A stretch of 64,000 nucleotides of DNA from the human T2T-CHM13v2.0 reference genome, Homo sapiens (GCF_009914755.1 NC_060931.1); one strand, 5' to 3'; positions 1 through 14,500 are shown, counted from the stretch's first letter. The notes: generated from the sequence alone by a model not told the origin. Made by a program: numbers and translations.

Positions 1-177
1 AGACTGGCAATATTCTAAAGGTAAATGTAACTATGCATCCCTTTGGGATTTTCAGATATCTTGTACAATCTATTTTATTCCTCTAAACATGGAGACTATA
101 AAGCTGTGTGGAAATCAATAGTTTAATTCATTCATTCAACAATCAGGTGGTGAGTGCTCATCATAACAACCACATCA

Positions 178-410
178 TAATAGCTAACATGTTGAATGAT
201 TATCACACATCAACTACTATGCGAAGTGCTTTTCATGGTTTATGTCATTTAAGTATCACAAATAATACTATGAGATAGGTGCTCTTGTTATGTCCACTTG
301 ACAGATGAAGAAACTGAGGCCCAAGTCCCAGTCCTAAGATGAGGCAGAGCTATGTTAGAATTCAGGTAATATTACTCAGGAGGCCATGTATTAAACCTCT
401 TTATAACATA
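178..410 (-). mobile_element. MIR SINE fragment
   Basis: MIR core in reverse orientation: ACAGATGAAGAAACTGAGGC at 301-320. Confidence 0.75.
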
Positions 411-1519
411 TCCCTGTATCATATCTGCATTAGGCATAGAAGATTCAAGGGTTATAGGGTTTCAGAGAAGGGAAGGGCTGAAGGGAGTTAATTAGGACAG
501 GCTTTAGGCAAAAGGTGATACATGATGTTAGCTTTGAAGAAGAGGCACATTTGAGTCAGCAGAGCGTGAAATCAAAGGCTCCCAGGTAAGGAATGGGAAA
601 GCACGTGAGTGTAGCCCAAAGTCAACATAAGACAAAAGGCATTGTAGATAATGAGGGGACAATTTCGACCAGAATGGTGACCCTATGAGCAGTAAAATAA
701 GTCCGAGAAGATTGAGTTAGCCATTGGAGAGAAGTGTCTGACATGTTGGTGTTGGAAAATAGAAAATCTTGGTGGTTTTCTTAGTCTAAGCAGTGTTGAA
801 GGTAACAGCAGTGGTACACAGGATGAATTACACTAATAGAAAGCCTGGCACCCAAGGATTTCAGCTAGGGTTTGTAGAAAGATAGAATTATATGAGATGT
901 GTTCTAAAGCAAAAGTGATAGGACTTGTTCTCTGTGACATATTGAAATAAAGTATATGAACTGATTATACCAACAATAACTAACTTTATTGAGCATATAC
1001 TGTGTCCTATAGTGGTTTACATGTAATCATAGATTAATTCTCATAATAGCATCACGATTTAGAATTAAAGGAAGGCCCGTTCTAATCCTAGGATTTCTTT
1101 CGTTATCTATTGAAGACAATGAAAACAGTAATTCTTTAAATAATGTTGTGTTATGGGGGTATTATGATACCATTGACAGGAGTGAAATAGTTTGGAAGTT
1201 TAGGAGCAGAAAAGGACAATTTTGACTGAAGGCAAGTAAACCAATCAGGGGCAGTGTAACTCATTAGGTCGTCATAATAATAACTATTGTTATTATTATT
1301 TATTTTGATTCGACTATGAATCAAGATGTCCTGCAGATACCAAAATCAGTGGCTGCTCAAGTCCCTGATATAAAGTAGCCTGCCTTGACTACCCTTCTTT
1401 TTATAATTATAATTATTATTACAGCTAATTACTGCATGCTTATTATGTACCAATGTTCTAAACATTTCACATGCCATAGCTCAGTTAAGATAGTAATAAT
1501 TATAGTGTTCACTATTACA

Positions 1520-1952
1520 ATAATAAGAGTTTATATTTACAGTGCTGATAGTGTTCCAGGCACTGATATGTTTTTAAATAGATTAACTCATTTAATCATC
1601 ACAAAACCCACATGAAGTAGATACTAATATTCTACCTTCACTTTACAGATGAGGACACTCTGGTCCAGAGAATTTAAGTAACTTAACCAAGATCACAAAA
1701 CTAATGATTGGCAGTGTCAGGATTGAGCCCAGATTCTCTGGCTGTAGATTCTATTCTCTTAACAACTGCTCTACAAAATCATGAGCTTTGGGGTCAGGCA
1801 GGTCTGGGTTGCAATCCCAACCTTGTTAACTTACTACTAGTGAGAACTTCGGTATGCTCCTTTTTTGTGTCTAAGTCTCAGTTTTCCCATAAGCAAATTT
1901 CAAGATAAGATAACAATAGTACTTTTCATGCAATAATTCCTATGAGATTAAG
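1520..1952. mobile_element. Two adjacent MIRs in opposite orientation (- 1520-1775; + 1780-1952)
   Basis: TTTACAGATGAGGACACT...AAGTAACTTAACCAAGATCACA (reverse core), then GGGTTGCAATCCCAACC...CTCAGTTTTCCCAT (forward core). Confidence 0.7.
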
Positions 1953-3727
1953 CTCTCCTACCCTTCTCTGTGCTTATTACATTGCTTCAAAACAGGAAGT
2001 CTTCGGTGTGTGTTTTACTAATGAATGAATAAATGAATAAAGCACTTATCATCCATGCTGCACAATTAACATTTTGTTGTATGCTACTTTATATTATTTA
2101 ACTTTTCTGTGCATGTACTTTTCTTGTCAATCCAGCTAGATTATATGCACCCTAGGACTAAACCACATGCTTTTTACTTTAATATGTACCCAGTTATCTG
2201 AACAGTGATGTGCACATAGAAAGCTTCTCAATAACGATGACTCCCATGAATGAAGCATTTACTATGGCCTAGACATTGTGTTAAGTATTTAGTCTTCATA
2301 GCGACCCTAGATAGTAAGTACTAATGTTAATTCCAATTTACAGAATAGGAAACTATGCCTTAGTGAGCTAAAGTGATTTTCCAGTGGCCACACCATTAGT
2401 CCATACAGAGTCAGATTAGATTGAGCTCTACTTATCTACAGAAGTCCTGGGCTTGATCACCATGCTGTACTAGCTTGGTGTTAAAGCCCTGATTGATGGG
2501 TAATTTGACAAGAAGTCAGAGCCCATTATCACCTGCCTTTGGAAGGGAATTTCCTGCATCTGAAGTTCTTGTCTATTTGGCCCACTTGGCTCAACCACCT
2601 AGTTCATGGCTTTTCTGTAGATTTCTCCTCTTAGCACTCCCTCAACAGGCACAAACCACATATCCAAGTCAGGGATGCCATAAACAGTGGCTGCTGCTGT
2701 GGCTGGCCCACAGAGCATGGAAGCAGGAATACTCATGAGCCCCCTCTGTCATCTCAGTATATTATGGCTTCAGCATTCTCTTTGCTTAACAACCTCTGGC
2801 TGATCCACTGTGAAAATTGTGTGCAATAGTCTTCAAAATTTCTAATTTCATACCTGTGGTGAAGTAGCCTTGCGGCTGGTCAAAGAGAACACCTTTAAAG
2901 CTGACAGTGGAAAAAGCCTTGGCTCCTAACCTTCTGCAAAACTGTTTTTACTACTTCATGCAAGCTGTTATTGGTGTCTTTATTTAGGCTGTATTTCTTC
3001 ATTTCAGCGTCTATGTTTAGCAGTTATATAAAGGAGCGAAATGGGTTTAATGGCCTCAAGTGGCAAAGCAGTGACATGTGGTCCTTCTTGGAGCAACAAA
3101 AGGTCAAAAGACTGTGGAGGAGACTTCTTGTTTCCTGGTGACTAGGAGTCAAATTTCTTTTATCTGTCTGAGTCAAGGGGAAATGATGTTCCTTTGAAAG
3201 TCTCATCTTGTAGGTAGAGTGTAACAGAGTAGGAAGGTAGGGAAGGTTCCTTAAAGGGCCATGCAGATAATCTCATCTGTTGATTTGTCCTATTGTGGGT
3301 GATACAGACTCACATTCCCTTTCTGGAGAAGGGAGGGTTTTAATTAAAACTAAATAGATATCCACTGGGTCTGGGTATGTACATAATCTAGAAACTGTGG
3401 GCTTCTCAAGGCCTCTGCATTCAGCATCTCAAGAAGTCCTATGGGTACCAATTGATCCATCCTGGAATCACTCTCCTCTGCTTGCATGGGACTTGCCTTT
3501 CTGCCCTCCTTCCTTAGCACTCCCACCAGGCTAGGTATGAGCCCCGAGTAAGGAGCCCTGGTCTGATTCCAGCTTCTTTCTCTTATTGACTCTGTGATTT
3601 CAATAAGATATTTGACTTTACAAGTTCTGCGTCTTCATCTGAAGACGGAGACTATAATGAAAATACAAACCTTATGGATTTATTGTGCAGAGTAGAAGGA
3701 CAAAGTATACAAAATGCTTTGGATAAT

Positions 3728-4193
3728 TGTTATCTAACATCAAAATTTAGGTTCACATACCTGATGCACAGTAAGCCAAACACTGACACATCAGCATAAA
3801 TGTTTATTCAATTTGGCCAAAGTGAGAGGGCAGGAAAGACAGTCTCTAAAGTCCAACCTTCCTTTACACATAACTGGGGGCTTCTATGAGTCAGGTAGGT
3901 ATACAGGAAATGGGATACCCCAAAGACCAAAGCTGTTTATGTCTCTTGGCCTGATCAGACTTCTGGATGCCATCAAGGTTTGTGTGACCTAAGGTTCATT
4001 TTTCTTCTCCAAAAAAAATACAGTTTATCAATCTTGCAGGCCAGGGGTGTAAGGATATGAAGTTACTAGTGACTACCTTCTACCAAAATGACTATGTGCA
4101 AGCAAGCATGCATGGAGGCAGAAAAAGGCAAGGAAAAGAGAAAACTAAGTAAAACAAACATCTTATGATTCTTATAATAAAGACTCAGTTACA
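3728..4193 (-). mobile_element. Solo LTR (ERV, subfamily unassigned) inserted in a MIR
   Basis: TGTTA...GTTACA termini, near-matching 4-bp flanks TAAT/CAAT, reverse poly(A) signal TTTATT near the left end; MIR-like sequence on both sides. Confidence 0.55.
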
Positions 4194-4444
4194 CAATAAC
4201 GTTGTGCACACTAAAATCCCAATGAATGGGTGCTGTTAGTATAGGCAGCTGGCATATTTTTCCCTAGACCAATCAGTCTTGTATTTCTGTTTCAAGGCAG
4301 CCTGCACAGATTCTCCAAAGCAATTCTCAGCTTATTCATAGTAGAATCAAAATAATCAGGTGAAAGAAAAATTTATTCATAAATTCTTAATCAAAGCTTC
4401 CGCTGTACCCACCCTGAAGCAGTATGAGCACTAAAACCATCCTA

Positions 4445-4732
4445 TTTCTTTTTATTATACTTTAATTTCTAGGGTACATGTGCACAACATGCAGGTTTGT
4501 TACATATGTATACATGTGCCATGTTGGTGTGCTGCACCCATTAACTCGTCATTTACATTAGGTATATCTCCTAATGCTATCCCTCCCCCCTCCCCCCTCC
4601 TCATGACAGGCCCCGATGTGTGATGTTCCCTTTCCTGTGTCCAAGTGTTCTCGTTGTTTAATTCTCACCTATAAGTGAGAACATGCGGTGTTTGGTTTTT
4701 TGTCCCTGCGATAGTTTGCTGAGAATGATGGT
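4445..4732 (-). mobile_element. 5'-truncated L1PA 3'UTR (~290 bp, L1PA4/5-like)
   Basis: TTATTATACTTTAA..TAGGGTACATGTGCACAAC..GCTGCACCCATTAACTCGTCATTTACATTAGG; degenerate TSD TAAAACCATCCTATTT / TAAAACCAGCTTATTT. Confidence 0.92.
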
Positions 4733-5349
4733 AAAACCAGCTTATTTTTACCATCTATTAAATGGGACAAAAACTTCAATACTTCTACAGTTGTTGTATA
4801 CAATTAAATAATCTTCTAAATCCGATTGTCCCTCCTTCTCTTCTTCTCCTTTGATAAACAACACACCTCTCTGCATAGAGCAACAGAACTTCCTTTTGAT
4901 TCTGGCCCACAACTTCCTATGTACACCTCGTTTGTAAAGAAGCTCATCTAAAGTCAACCAGCAAACGATGGGCCCTCCAACTCTGATAGCCTGTCACCAG
5001 CCCTAAGCTGCCAGGCTTCCTTTGAGTGTCTGTCATTGGTGAGATATAGGGACGTGTGACCATTTTGCCATGGCTCTATGTTGCTGAACCAGGTGGGGGT
5101 GTGAGTGGCAGTGGGGCAAGTGGATCCTTTTGATCATTAGTTATTTTTGAGTATTGACTTTAATTTGTAAAATTTCCCATCTTAATCTCTGCCCTAGTCT
5201 CTAAGCAGATCCCAGGGCATTGAGGAGAGTTCAGGTATGCCAGCATGTTTTGGTGTTTTTCCAATGCCAAAATAATATTTTGCCCACTGAATTCACAAGT
5301 GTTTTAGACGGTCATCCAGTTTTTGTATTGACCCCTCCTAAAGAGGTAA

Positions 5350-5716
5350 CAGTTATCCCTTGGTATCAATCAAGGCATGGTTCCAGGACCTCCCTTGGAT
5401 ACTAAAATCCATGGTTGCTCAAGTCCCCAACATAAAAAAGGTGTAGTATTTGCATATAACCTACACACCTGTGTGTATATTTGCATATAACCTGTGTGTA
5501 GGTTCTCCCCTTTCCTTTAAATCATCTCTAGATTACTTTTAATCCTAATACAATGTAATTTCCATGTAAATATCTGTTACACTGTATTGTTTATGGAATA
5601 ATGATAAGAAACAAGAAGTCTATACATGTTCATATAGATGCAAAATTTTTGAATATTTTCAAGCCATGGTTGTTTGAACCTGTCATGTGGAACCAAGGGA
5701 TACAGAGGGCTGACTA
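5350..5716 (+). mobile_element. MER2 (TcMar-Tigger DNA transposon), near full length
   Basis: Termini CAGTTATCCCTTGGTATC...GATACAGAGGGCTGACT and the MER2 body (GTAGTATTTGCATATAACCTAC; AAATCATCTCTAGATTAC). A second short MER2 fragment lies at ~1328-1382. Confidence 0.85.
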
Positions 5717-7286
5717 TATTTTAAAAAATGAAAGAATATTCTTTGACCACAGCAGGGGGCTACTGGCATTTGGGGATGGGGACAAAAATGTTAAATACTT
5801 TGCAATAAGAACATTAACACACAGTGAAAATTGTCATGTCAATGCTCCCTTCGTTGGGAAAGCTGCAATTAGTTATACCTTTTCTCTCTCCTATTAGAGA
5901 AATCAACCAAGCCAAGCCTGAGTATCTCAGAATCAGCATCCTTCAGACTCAAATTTGAGTCCTGACTACTCAACATCTATAAGCGTTAAGCACTTACTTT
6001 GTCATTCAATACTCGTTTAATCTCCTAAAAGAACTGCAAGCTTCTTATTATTGCCCCTACTAGTGGAAAAAATAAAGCCAGAGAAAGCAAAGATTCTAAC
6101 ACTGAGCCCAGCACAAGTCTACCACCTTATGCTGTTTCTATGACATTAACTTTATAGCATGATCTGGATTGCTAAAAATGTTCAAGTTTGGGCCTTATAA
6201 CAATAGAAAGAGGACTATATAAAACTACAGTAAGACTAAAAGTAGCTAAAACATATTACAAAAATAAAAAACTGGAGTACCTCGATTATATACAAAAGAG
6301 CCTTTGAAAAATGTCTAGGTTAATTTTTGTCTATGTACCTATGTTGACATCACAAAATAACAACTTTCAATTCAAAACTCATTCCTTCTATATGTTTTTC
6401 TCATATCGATTTTAATCAAAAGGCTTAACTTGAATATTAATCTTTCATGTCCTCCTTATCTATTTGACCCTCTGGAATACTGCTGAGTAATGTGGCATTC
6501 ACAAGAATATTACTGTGTCCACTTAAGTGATTTAAAATGTATTCTCAATAGCCAAAGTGTCCTCCTGACTCTTTGAAATTCAGCCATCCTATGTTTCAGA
6601 TGGCCTTTCACTTGGGCTTTTAAACCACTTTACAGACATCTCTTTATTCTCCTTTATTTTATAAATTGGGAAATAGATCAAATAGAAGTTAAGTGGCATA
6701 TAGAGGTCAATGGCAGATTACTGGAAGACCCAGGGAAAGGTATCACCCTTGACTCACCTAGAGTTATCCCTCAGATAATTTAACATTTCTTCAGAAGACT
6801 GAGGTAGCCTCTGAATGTAGGAGGCAGACTAAAAGATTATTTTTTTTCATGAGGCTGCCTCAAGCAGATTCACATTTAATTGTGATTCAACTGGCATCTC
6901 CTTTCTTGCTGCCACAAAATATCTATATTGAAATCAGGTTGACTGTTCATCTTTTCTTTCTGTTACATCTGCTAGGGATCAATAGAGATAAAAATATTTG
7001 GAGCTTTGTGTTCAATCTAAGTTCCTGCATGCAGTTGCTTGATAGAATGATTTTGTAAGGAAGCAAGTAACCAAAGTATTTTTGCAGTGTTTTTGATAAA
7101 GGACTGCTCTTTGCTGGTGTCCTCCTCTCCACTACTAATTGACAAAACATCTTGAGGAAAACATCCATATGTTTAAATTATCCTTAAAAGCTCTATTGGC
7201 ATTAAAAAAAGACCTCCGTTTTGATAAAGATTCCAATAACTATTTGGCTTTTGCAAGTCCAGCTTTATGACTAGAAATTTCTAGAT

Positions 7287-7506
7287 CAAGAGTCTGCAAA
7301 CGATGGTCTAGAACCAAATACAACTGCTGTCTGTTTTTGTAAGTAAGGTTTTATTCGAATACAGTCTTGCTTGCTCATTTAAATATTGTCTAGGCTGCTT
7401 TCATGCTACAATGGCACAGTGGAATAGCTGGGATAGAGACTATATGGCCCGCAAAGTCTAAAATATTTACAACTTCACTATTTACATAAAAATTTGTCAA
7501 CAACTG
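7287..7506 (+). mobile_element. MER58A (hAT-Charlie)
   Basis: Body matches MER58A (TATGGCCCGCAAAGTCTAAAATATTTAC); 8-bp TSD TTCTAGAT/TTCTACAT. Confidence 0.85.
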
Positions 7507-10500
7507 TTCTACATTAAACAATATATCAGCCCTGGCAGATGTAACTGGTTACCTTGAGTATCTCATAGCATGTATGCAGTGTAATTTTCAAGTTCCCAAA
7601 CAAAACTTTCCAAAAGCCATTTCTTAAGACCACACACTGTAGAGTCAGATCCACCAAGTTTTGAATTATCTGAACAGAGCTTTGCAAATGTCAAACCAGT
7701 ATAGTAGATGATGACGATTTTGCTGAAAGATCACTCCACTTTCATCAGGGGAAACAAGCTATTGGGAATATATTTTAGGACCTCAATTTTCCACACATTG
7801 CTCTAATTACTAGAGTGCTATAGATGCATATCTCTGATTTACAGTCCGCCAAGTCAAGATTTCTGAATTTCTTGGCATAAGTTTGGTAGTACAGTATTAC
7901 TTTGATTATGGCTTCTTATATCTGGCATAAAAATATTCCCTTTGTGCATATTCTTTTTAGATACAGTACAAACAAAAGTATGACTCTTCCTTTTTTCTCT
8001 CCTTTTACTTTAGGAAAAGCAGCTGTGAAGTCATAATTATGTTCACTTCCCACTGGCAACTGGCAAGCCCTTTATTTTTGTGCATTCGGAACTCACCAAG
8101 AATAAATAAAGTCCATTCCCTCCTTGAGGGGCTATTCTGCCATTCCATCTAGGATTTAAAAGTTTGCCAATTCCTAAAACATCTATTGTTATCAATAGTC
8201 TTGTGTCTTTCACAAAGCGGACTTTACAAAATAAGGTAAGGGGAAAAATGTCAAAAGTACATGAAAAAAATCATCTCTAAGAAAGAGCAACAAATCTGCT
8301 AGCTCTTAAGAACTTATAATTATCATTGCTGGTTAATTGGTATTATAGATTACCCAGTTCTGACATGTAATTTTCTAACACAAAGAGGTTTCTATCATGT
8401 TACATTGTGCTTTGCATTTAGGGACTTTTTATTTTACATTTACACACTAAAGAACGAAGGGCAGAAGTCTTGAAATATGCAAGGATTTAGATAATGAATT
8501 GCATCCTAAATTTAGAAAATATATCAGACAATACAGATGATTCATTGTAGAATTTGTAATTCTGGAAAGGCAAGTTTTGGGGACCATTGTTTATAAATAA
8601 GCTAACTTTTATTGGCTCAGATCTGGATAAGTACCAGAAGCATTAACGAACATTTCTTCAGCTGCACACGGACCTTCAAAAAGTTCTAAAACAGGGTATG
8701 TTATTATGTTTTACAGGAAGATGTGTTTAATATTTGTAAGTCAATATGGATAATAACACTGATTTAAATGGACTGATAGATGCATTTGTCTTTTAATGTC
8801 TATTATAATAACAATTGCCAAAAGCCTATGAAAAATTCAACATTTACTTGTTGATTAGTCTGTTTTTGATTCATATATGCAATTAATTCTTAAGTGAAGT
8901 TTTTCAGAGACACTAGCCTCTCCTTAAAAGGCAACCATGTTCACTTGAAAATGTGAACAGACTATAGATTTGAGATTCTGGCTTCACGCTTTGTCCTGGG
9001 AAGCAACCTTGGATTTGGAATTTAATGGCTTCCTGGCTATCTGGACTGTGAAGAAATGCTTCTGAGGGGAGACAGATGTTTGTCTGAAACTCTATTGTTT
9101 AAAGAGCTGGACTTTGTCTGTAACAGCAGGTATGAAGATCAGAAAGAAAGATTGGGAGCCCAAATGAAGGCATTAGTACTTTGTAAACATAGACCTCATG
9201 CCGCAGTCTGGGTGGATTGATGATAATGCTACAAAGAAAAATGCAGCAAAGGAAACTTAGGAATGAACCTAAAAGACACAGTGTCTTAGTAAACTAAAAC
9301 GAAAGTAAAAGGAGACCTTCAAAGCCCACTGCTTGTAAGATGAGCTTCTTTTTTGAATATTATTCCTTAAAGGACACCACACACACCCAGGTGAACTCAT
9401 GGAATTTGCATTAAATAATTGATAACTTTTTGACATTTATTTGAAGTTTCCTTCCAGGAAAAAATGGTTCAAGTAGCACTCTGGCATTATTTCATAATTA
9501 AGCAGCCTTTTGCATGTACCATATGCAACCACCAAATCTAAGGTCCTGTGTTATGTAGCCTTTCCAACCTTTCTAAATCTCAAGTTTTCAGTAAATTTAA
9601 TGTTTTCTTTAGAGAAAAAGACAGTGAGAGACAGGCAGTGTCCATTTGAACTAGCAAATAGTCTGACCAGATGACGAGTCTACTAGCTCTTCTAGTAGCT
9701 GCTGCAACCAGCAACTTAGTGGGGGCAACATCCTCAGCCATGCCACGTGGGCTTTGCCTGAAGACAATAGATAACAGCCAAGAGGCAGACAAAGAAAATA
9801 TGTGTAAAAACAATGGTAAATAAAGTAAATAAAATTAACGAATTAGATAAATGAATAAAAATAAAGAGCAAAAGCAAATGTCAACATGCATCAATTCCCC
9901 ATCCAAATTACATACCTCATGTAATTTTTGTAAACATTTTGTAAGATTTACCTTCTTGATTTATCAGCAATCATTCTGGTTTGCAATAAAATAATACCTG
10001 TAAGTGGTTTAATTGGAACTGCTGCCACTGCTTGAGATTTATGAATTGGAATATTACATGATAATCCACAGGATCACCTTGCTTTCCTATTGCTGAAGTT
10101 TGCCTCAATTCTTCCTTCCATTCATTCATTTACTCAACAAGCCTCCATTGAAGGTCTGCTATAATTCACATAGGGGTCCCCCTCCCTTAAGAATTGCAAA
10201 TTATACATGCAAGAGAAAATATTGTTTTCACTTTTTAAAAATTATTTCATTTCTATTTTTAAAAAGAGATTGTTTTCAGACAGATGGGCTACCCTGTACA
10301 TTTTTTACTTTGACAAGTACATTCTGCAATGTTTTGTGGGAGAACTGAGTTTATCCTTTTGTTAACTTCAAAAGGTCAGGTATGTGCCTCAATCCTCATT
10401 TGTTTCTATTACAAACATCTTAGGAATCCATAAAGTTATATAAACTTTCAAATACTTTGATATTTGATGAGCAAATCTATGTTCATTCTGTTCATAACCT

Positions 10501-11551
10501 TTATGACATACCAAACACCAACCATTTTATCTCCAAATTCCACAAATGAAGGGGTCATTATCACCCACCAAAAAGCGGTTTACAAAGATTTTAACAATGT
10601 ATAAACAATCTTGCTTGAAACTAATGAACTCTTACAATCTTTCTGTCTTTTTTTAAAATTTTTGCCATTACTTGTTAAAGAAAGTGACCCTATTGGATCG
10701 TGTTTTCATGTAATAAATTTTCTGCGAAATTTACTGTTTAGTCCTTGGAGGCATATTACTAAAAATCAAATTGGATTTTCTTCTGAAAGAAGGTTACAGA
10801 GTGTGACTTCATGAGTGGAAGTATGTTATGGCTAAAGAGCCCATATTTCATGCTGTAATATAGCCAAGTTACATTGGTATATATATTCCTTGGCCATTGA
10901 AACAATGTTAAACAATATTTTTCTTTTGTCTAAGATACAGTTAGTTAAGCTGTCATTAAAAAATAAACAAATTGATAATCAGAAAAAAAAATCAGAGCAA
11001 AGCAAGCTGTCAAAGGTTGGCTGTAAATCCAGCACAAGGTAAAATGTGGCTATTTTAAAAAGGGCAACTTCTTCCTAAGATAACTGTTTTTTTTTTCTCT
11101 GCTTAAAATAGTCATTGAGGGATATTCAATTGGGACCAGAGAAAGGGGAAGCCAGAATCATTCATCAGGCAGATACTTTGTGTCAGTTATAAACAGTATA
11201 TTTCAAAATTAAGTATGAGAAACTCCAGGAGGAGATTAGACATGAGGAAACAAGCTCAGTAAAGCTAAGAATCTTGCCTATAGTCATCTGTGCAGTAAGA
11301 ATACACTATGACTATTACAGCTAAAATATCTTTTTAAATGCCAGGTATTTTCTATTCTAATTCTTAGAACAAATTAGAGAACTGAGATTTAGAGTGGCCC
11401 CCTCCTCTGCCTAAAAGCACTCCAGATCTGGTCATTTAATCTCTTTGGTATGCCACTTGTCCCCAGGGAACCAAACTAACAAGTTTTTCTTCTGGTGTGC
11501 TCTTTAGCAAAAATGTAGAGTCATCAGACATTAGTGTGTTTGTTGCCAGCT

Positions 11552-11553
<2 letters not shown>

Positions 11554-11589
<36 letters not shown>
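11554..11589. repeat. (GT)18 microsatellite
   Basis: Perfect dinucleotide run. Confidence 0.97.
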
Positions 11590-11594
<5 letters not shown>

Positions 11595-14500
11595 TCTCCC
11601 CTGCACTTCCAACTGATTTAACTTTCCACTTGTAGGTGGGTGTAGCTCAGAGAAGATCAAGAAATATTGCACTCCCTCTACCCAATATTGTGGAACAAAT
11701 TAAAACATGTTCAATAGTTGTGTACCTACAATAGGTAGGAGAGCTAGGGGCTGGGGATTCAAAGATGGCAAACACAATTTATGCTCCTAAGCAAATACAC
11801 AAGCTCAGCAATGGGATAGACAGGATCAAGTAAGACTGAATGTGCTGTGCTATAATTTGGGCACAGATCACATCCTCTTAATGCACAAAGAAAGAAAGAA
11901 CTCCAACAATGAGAGGAGAATGGATGGGAGGGACTGAGGCAAACTTCCTGATGCCTGTAACATTTGAACTGATCTGGAAGGATGATTATAAAGGATTTTA
12001 ATTGACAAAAACAATGGTGGAAGAGACTGCATGAGCCAGTGCAGGAACATTCTTACATTCTAATTATATTCTTATATTCTCATATTCTCACAGGACATTA
12101 TCTTTACCAATGTTAAATGATTAAACTAGGTAATAAACAAGGCACACAATGATCAAAAGAAAGGGGCTCTGGGGATGAACATTCTGCCTTTAATCACTAA
12201 TGGTGTGGCCTAAACTGTGGGGATTAACAATGCTCTGTAATACCCCTAACTATGCAATGGGGATAAGAAGAACCTCTCCTCCACCTGGGCATTCTTTATT
12301 GTTGTCTTCATAAAGACTTAGGTGTATGGAAAATTGGGCCCAGTGACTGACATATGACAAAGCACTTGAAACATGATTCTATTTTTATCATTATTAGTTC
12401 TACCAATAATAATTATATACAATTAATAGAAATAATTCGCTTCCCCAAAATCAAGAAGATAGAATTTTAATATAAAATAAAGTTTTAAACTAAGGATATT
12501 TTTCTTCACTAGTAGAATTTTTGACTCAGCATCAGCTGGCAAAACGATTTAGGAAAATTAAGGAAATGTTCTAGCATACTCCAAATCACATGATGTAGTT
12601 GCCTACATATTCCAAAGGCTTTCATTCTTTGCTCATTGGCATCCATATTTCCACAGAAAAGGTTTGCAAGCTCAGGGCATCATGCTAATGTCTAAGACAT
12701 TCCATCACCATTAAGGGACTTTAAAATTATTCCTAGTGACAACAATATGGTTCTTTGTGTTATTAAGTAAATCATGGAATAATAAGAACAGGAAGAACAC
12801 TATCTCGTTCACTAAATAAATGATCACTATCATTAAAGAGCTATTAAACCAAATTCTATCAGGTATTTTTTTAAAGATGTGTTCATTCTTTCTACTCACT
12901 TGCTAAATAAGAAAGAAGAAAAGCTCAAGAGTCTTTAAGCAGAAGCTCTGTTCTGCAGCTCACAGAATGGATTAACACCAGCTGGAAAAATCTGGGGAAA
13001 GTAGGCTAATCCTTGCTAAGTTGGTGGCCCTATCTAGCTGTTGCAGAAGCTGCAGCATCTGGGACTGGCTTTTACTCCCAACTGGCTTCACCCTTCCCCT
13101 ATAACTCTTATCCTAATGTTATTCAAAGAGAATTCCATCATTTGCCCTGATATAAGCATCAGGCACACAAAGTCAACCCACAGACACTCCTGCCTATCCC
13201 TAGAAATTTTGAAAGCTCCAGTATCTGTTTAGCACTAGTAAATCATTTCCTGCTTGGTCAATCCATATTTTACTTTGCGTATACAGCCTCTACTTTTATC
13301 CAGTTATATTTAATTAATAAAAATAATTCCTGTCTTCCAACTATACCAAGGAAAATTTCTTCATCACACCATTTTAGAACATTTATTTACAACATACGGA
13401 AATACAATTATATCTTTAAGTTAACAACTTGTAACTGAGATAAGAAGGCATTGCTTCTCTGAGTTTATTTTGTTAGAGCTGTTCTTTTTTTTTTTTAAAG
13501 GAAGCTTCTGCTCAGAAAATGTGAAAGAAATAATCTATCTCAAGACCTTGCTGTTCTTGACTGTTCAAAAATTCTTTAAATAAAATATAATATGGAAGCT
13601 GTGCTCTGCATGTCGAGACCATTTCACTGTTGAGCCTTCACAGCCAGAAAACAGGCTCAAAATAATTAGACTTGAACAAAATCACATTATTTACTTTTTG
13701 CTTTAATAAGGAGGTGATTATTAGAAGATGAACCATGACTACCAAGATAGCAGGTATAGATTCTTTTTAACAAAATTAATTTAGATTATATTCACTATCT
13801 TAAGATACTTATGCACATAAATCATATCTCTCTATGTATTTTTGCATGAAACATAGAGTATATGAAATAAAATGAATGCAATGAATAGAAATTTAATCAT
13901 ATATTTACCTGAATTATTAGATTATTCATAAATAGCTTATTAGAGGCAGTAAAAGTCGACAGAGAATGATTGCAATAGGCAGATGTGATGTAAGTCTGTG
14001 ATATTTTAGAAGAAATTTTCCTGTAAATCACACATGAAAGATGCAGCCACTCATGCTGGACAACTGCCTGGTGTTCCCAAGAAACATAGGGACAACCAAA
14101 GGGCACCTCAGTAAGTTTATACTGGACCATAGATAATAAACTCATCAACAAACACCAGATTTTTGTTCTGGAGAAAAAGATGAAAGCTTTTGAACAGTAC
14201 TAGTCATCACCAAGGAAACTGTGGTGGAGTAAAAAAATTTTAAGAAGATATCAACATTGCAGTAAATCAACCTAACCTGGAAATGTGTTTGGTGACAAAC
14301 TGAATTTTCCTAGGTGTCGGCAAACTAACTCTTTTAAGGCCCCACTAGGGGCCTTAAGTGATCTACTCCCCAATTCTTCCATAGATGCACAAAAATACTA
14401 ACTGATCTATTCATTGTGTGTCTTTAGAAATGCAGACATTTAATGGGTTACGAAGCTTAACTGCTAGACACATTCATTAGATGTGAACAGTTAATATGTA

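Noticed and set aside
12522-12531. Isolated ARE core TGACTCAGCA
   Set aside because: A single 10-mer in desert sequence with no clustering or nearby promoter.
14334-14357. 10-bp-arm hairpin TTAAGGCCCC-ACTA-GGGGCCTTAA (similar 11-bp-arm hairpin at 42203-42230)
   Set aside because: Short inverted repeats like these are common in mammalian DNA; no supporting context.
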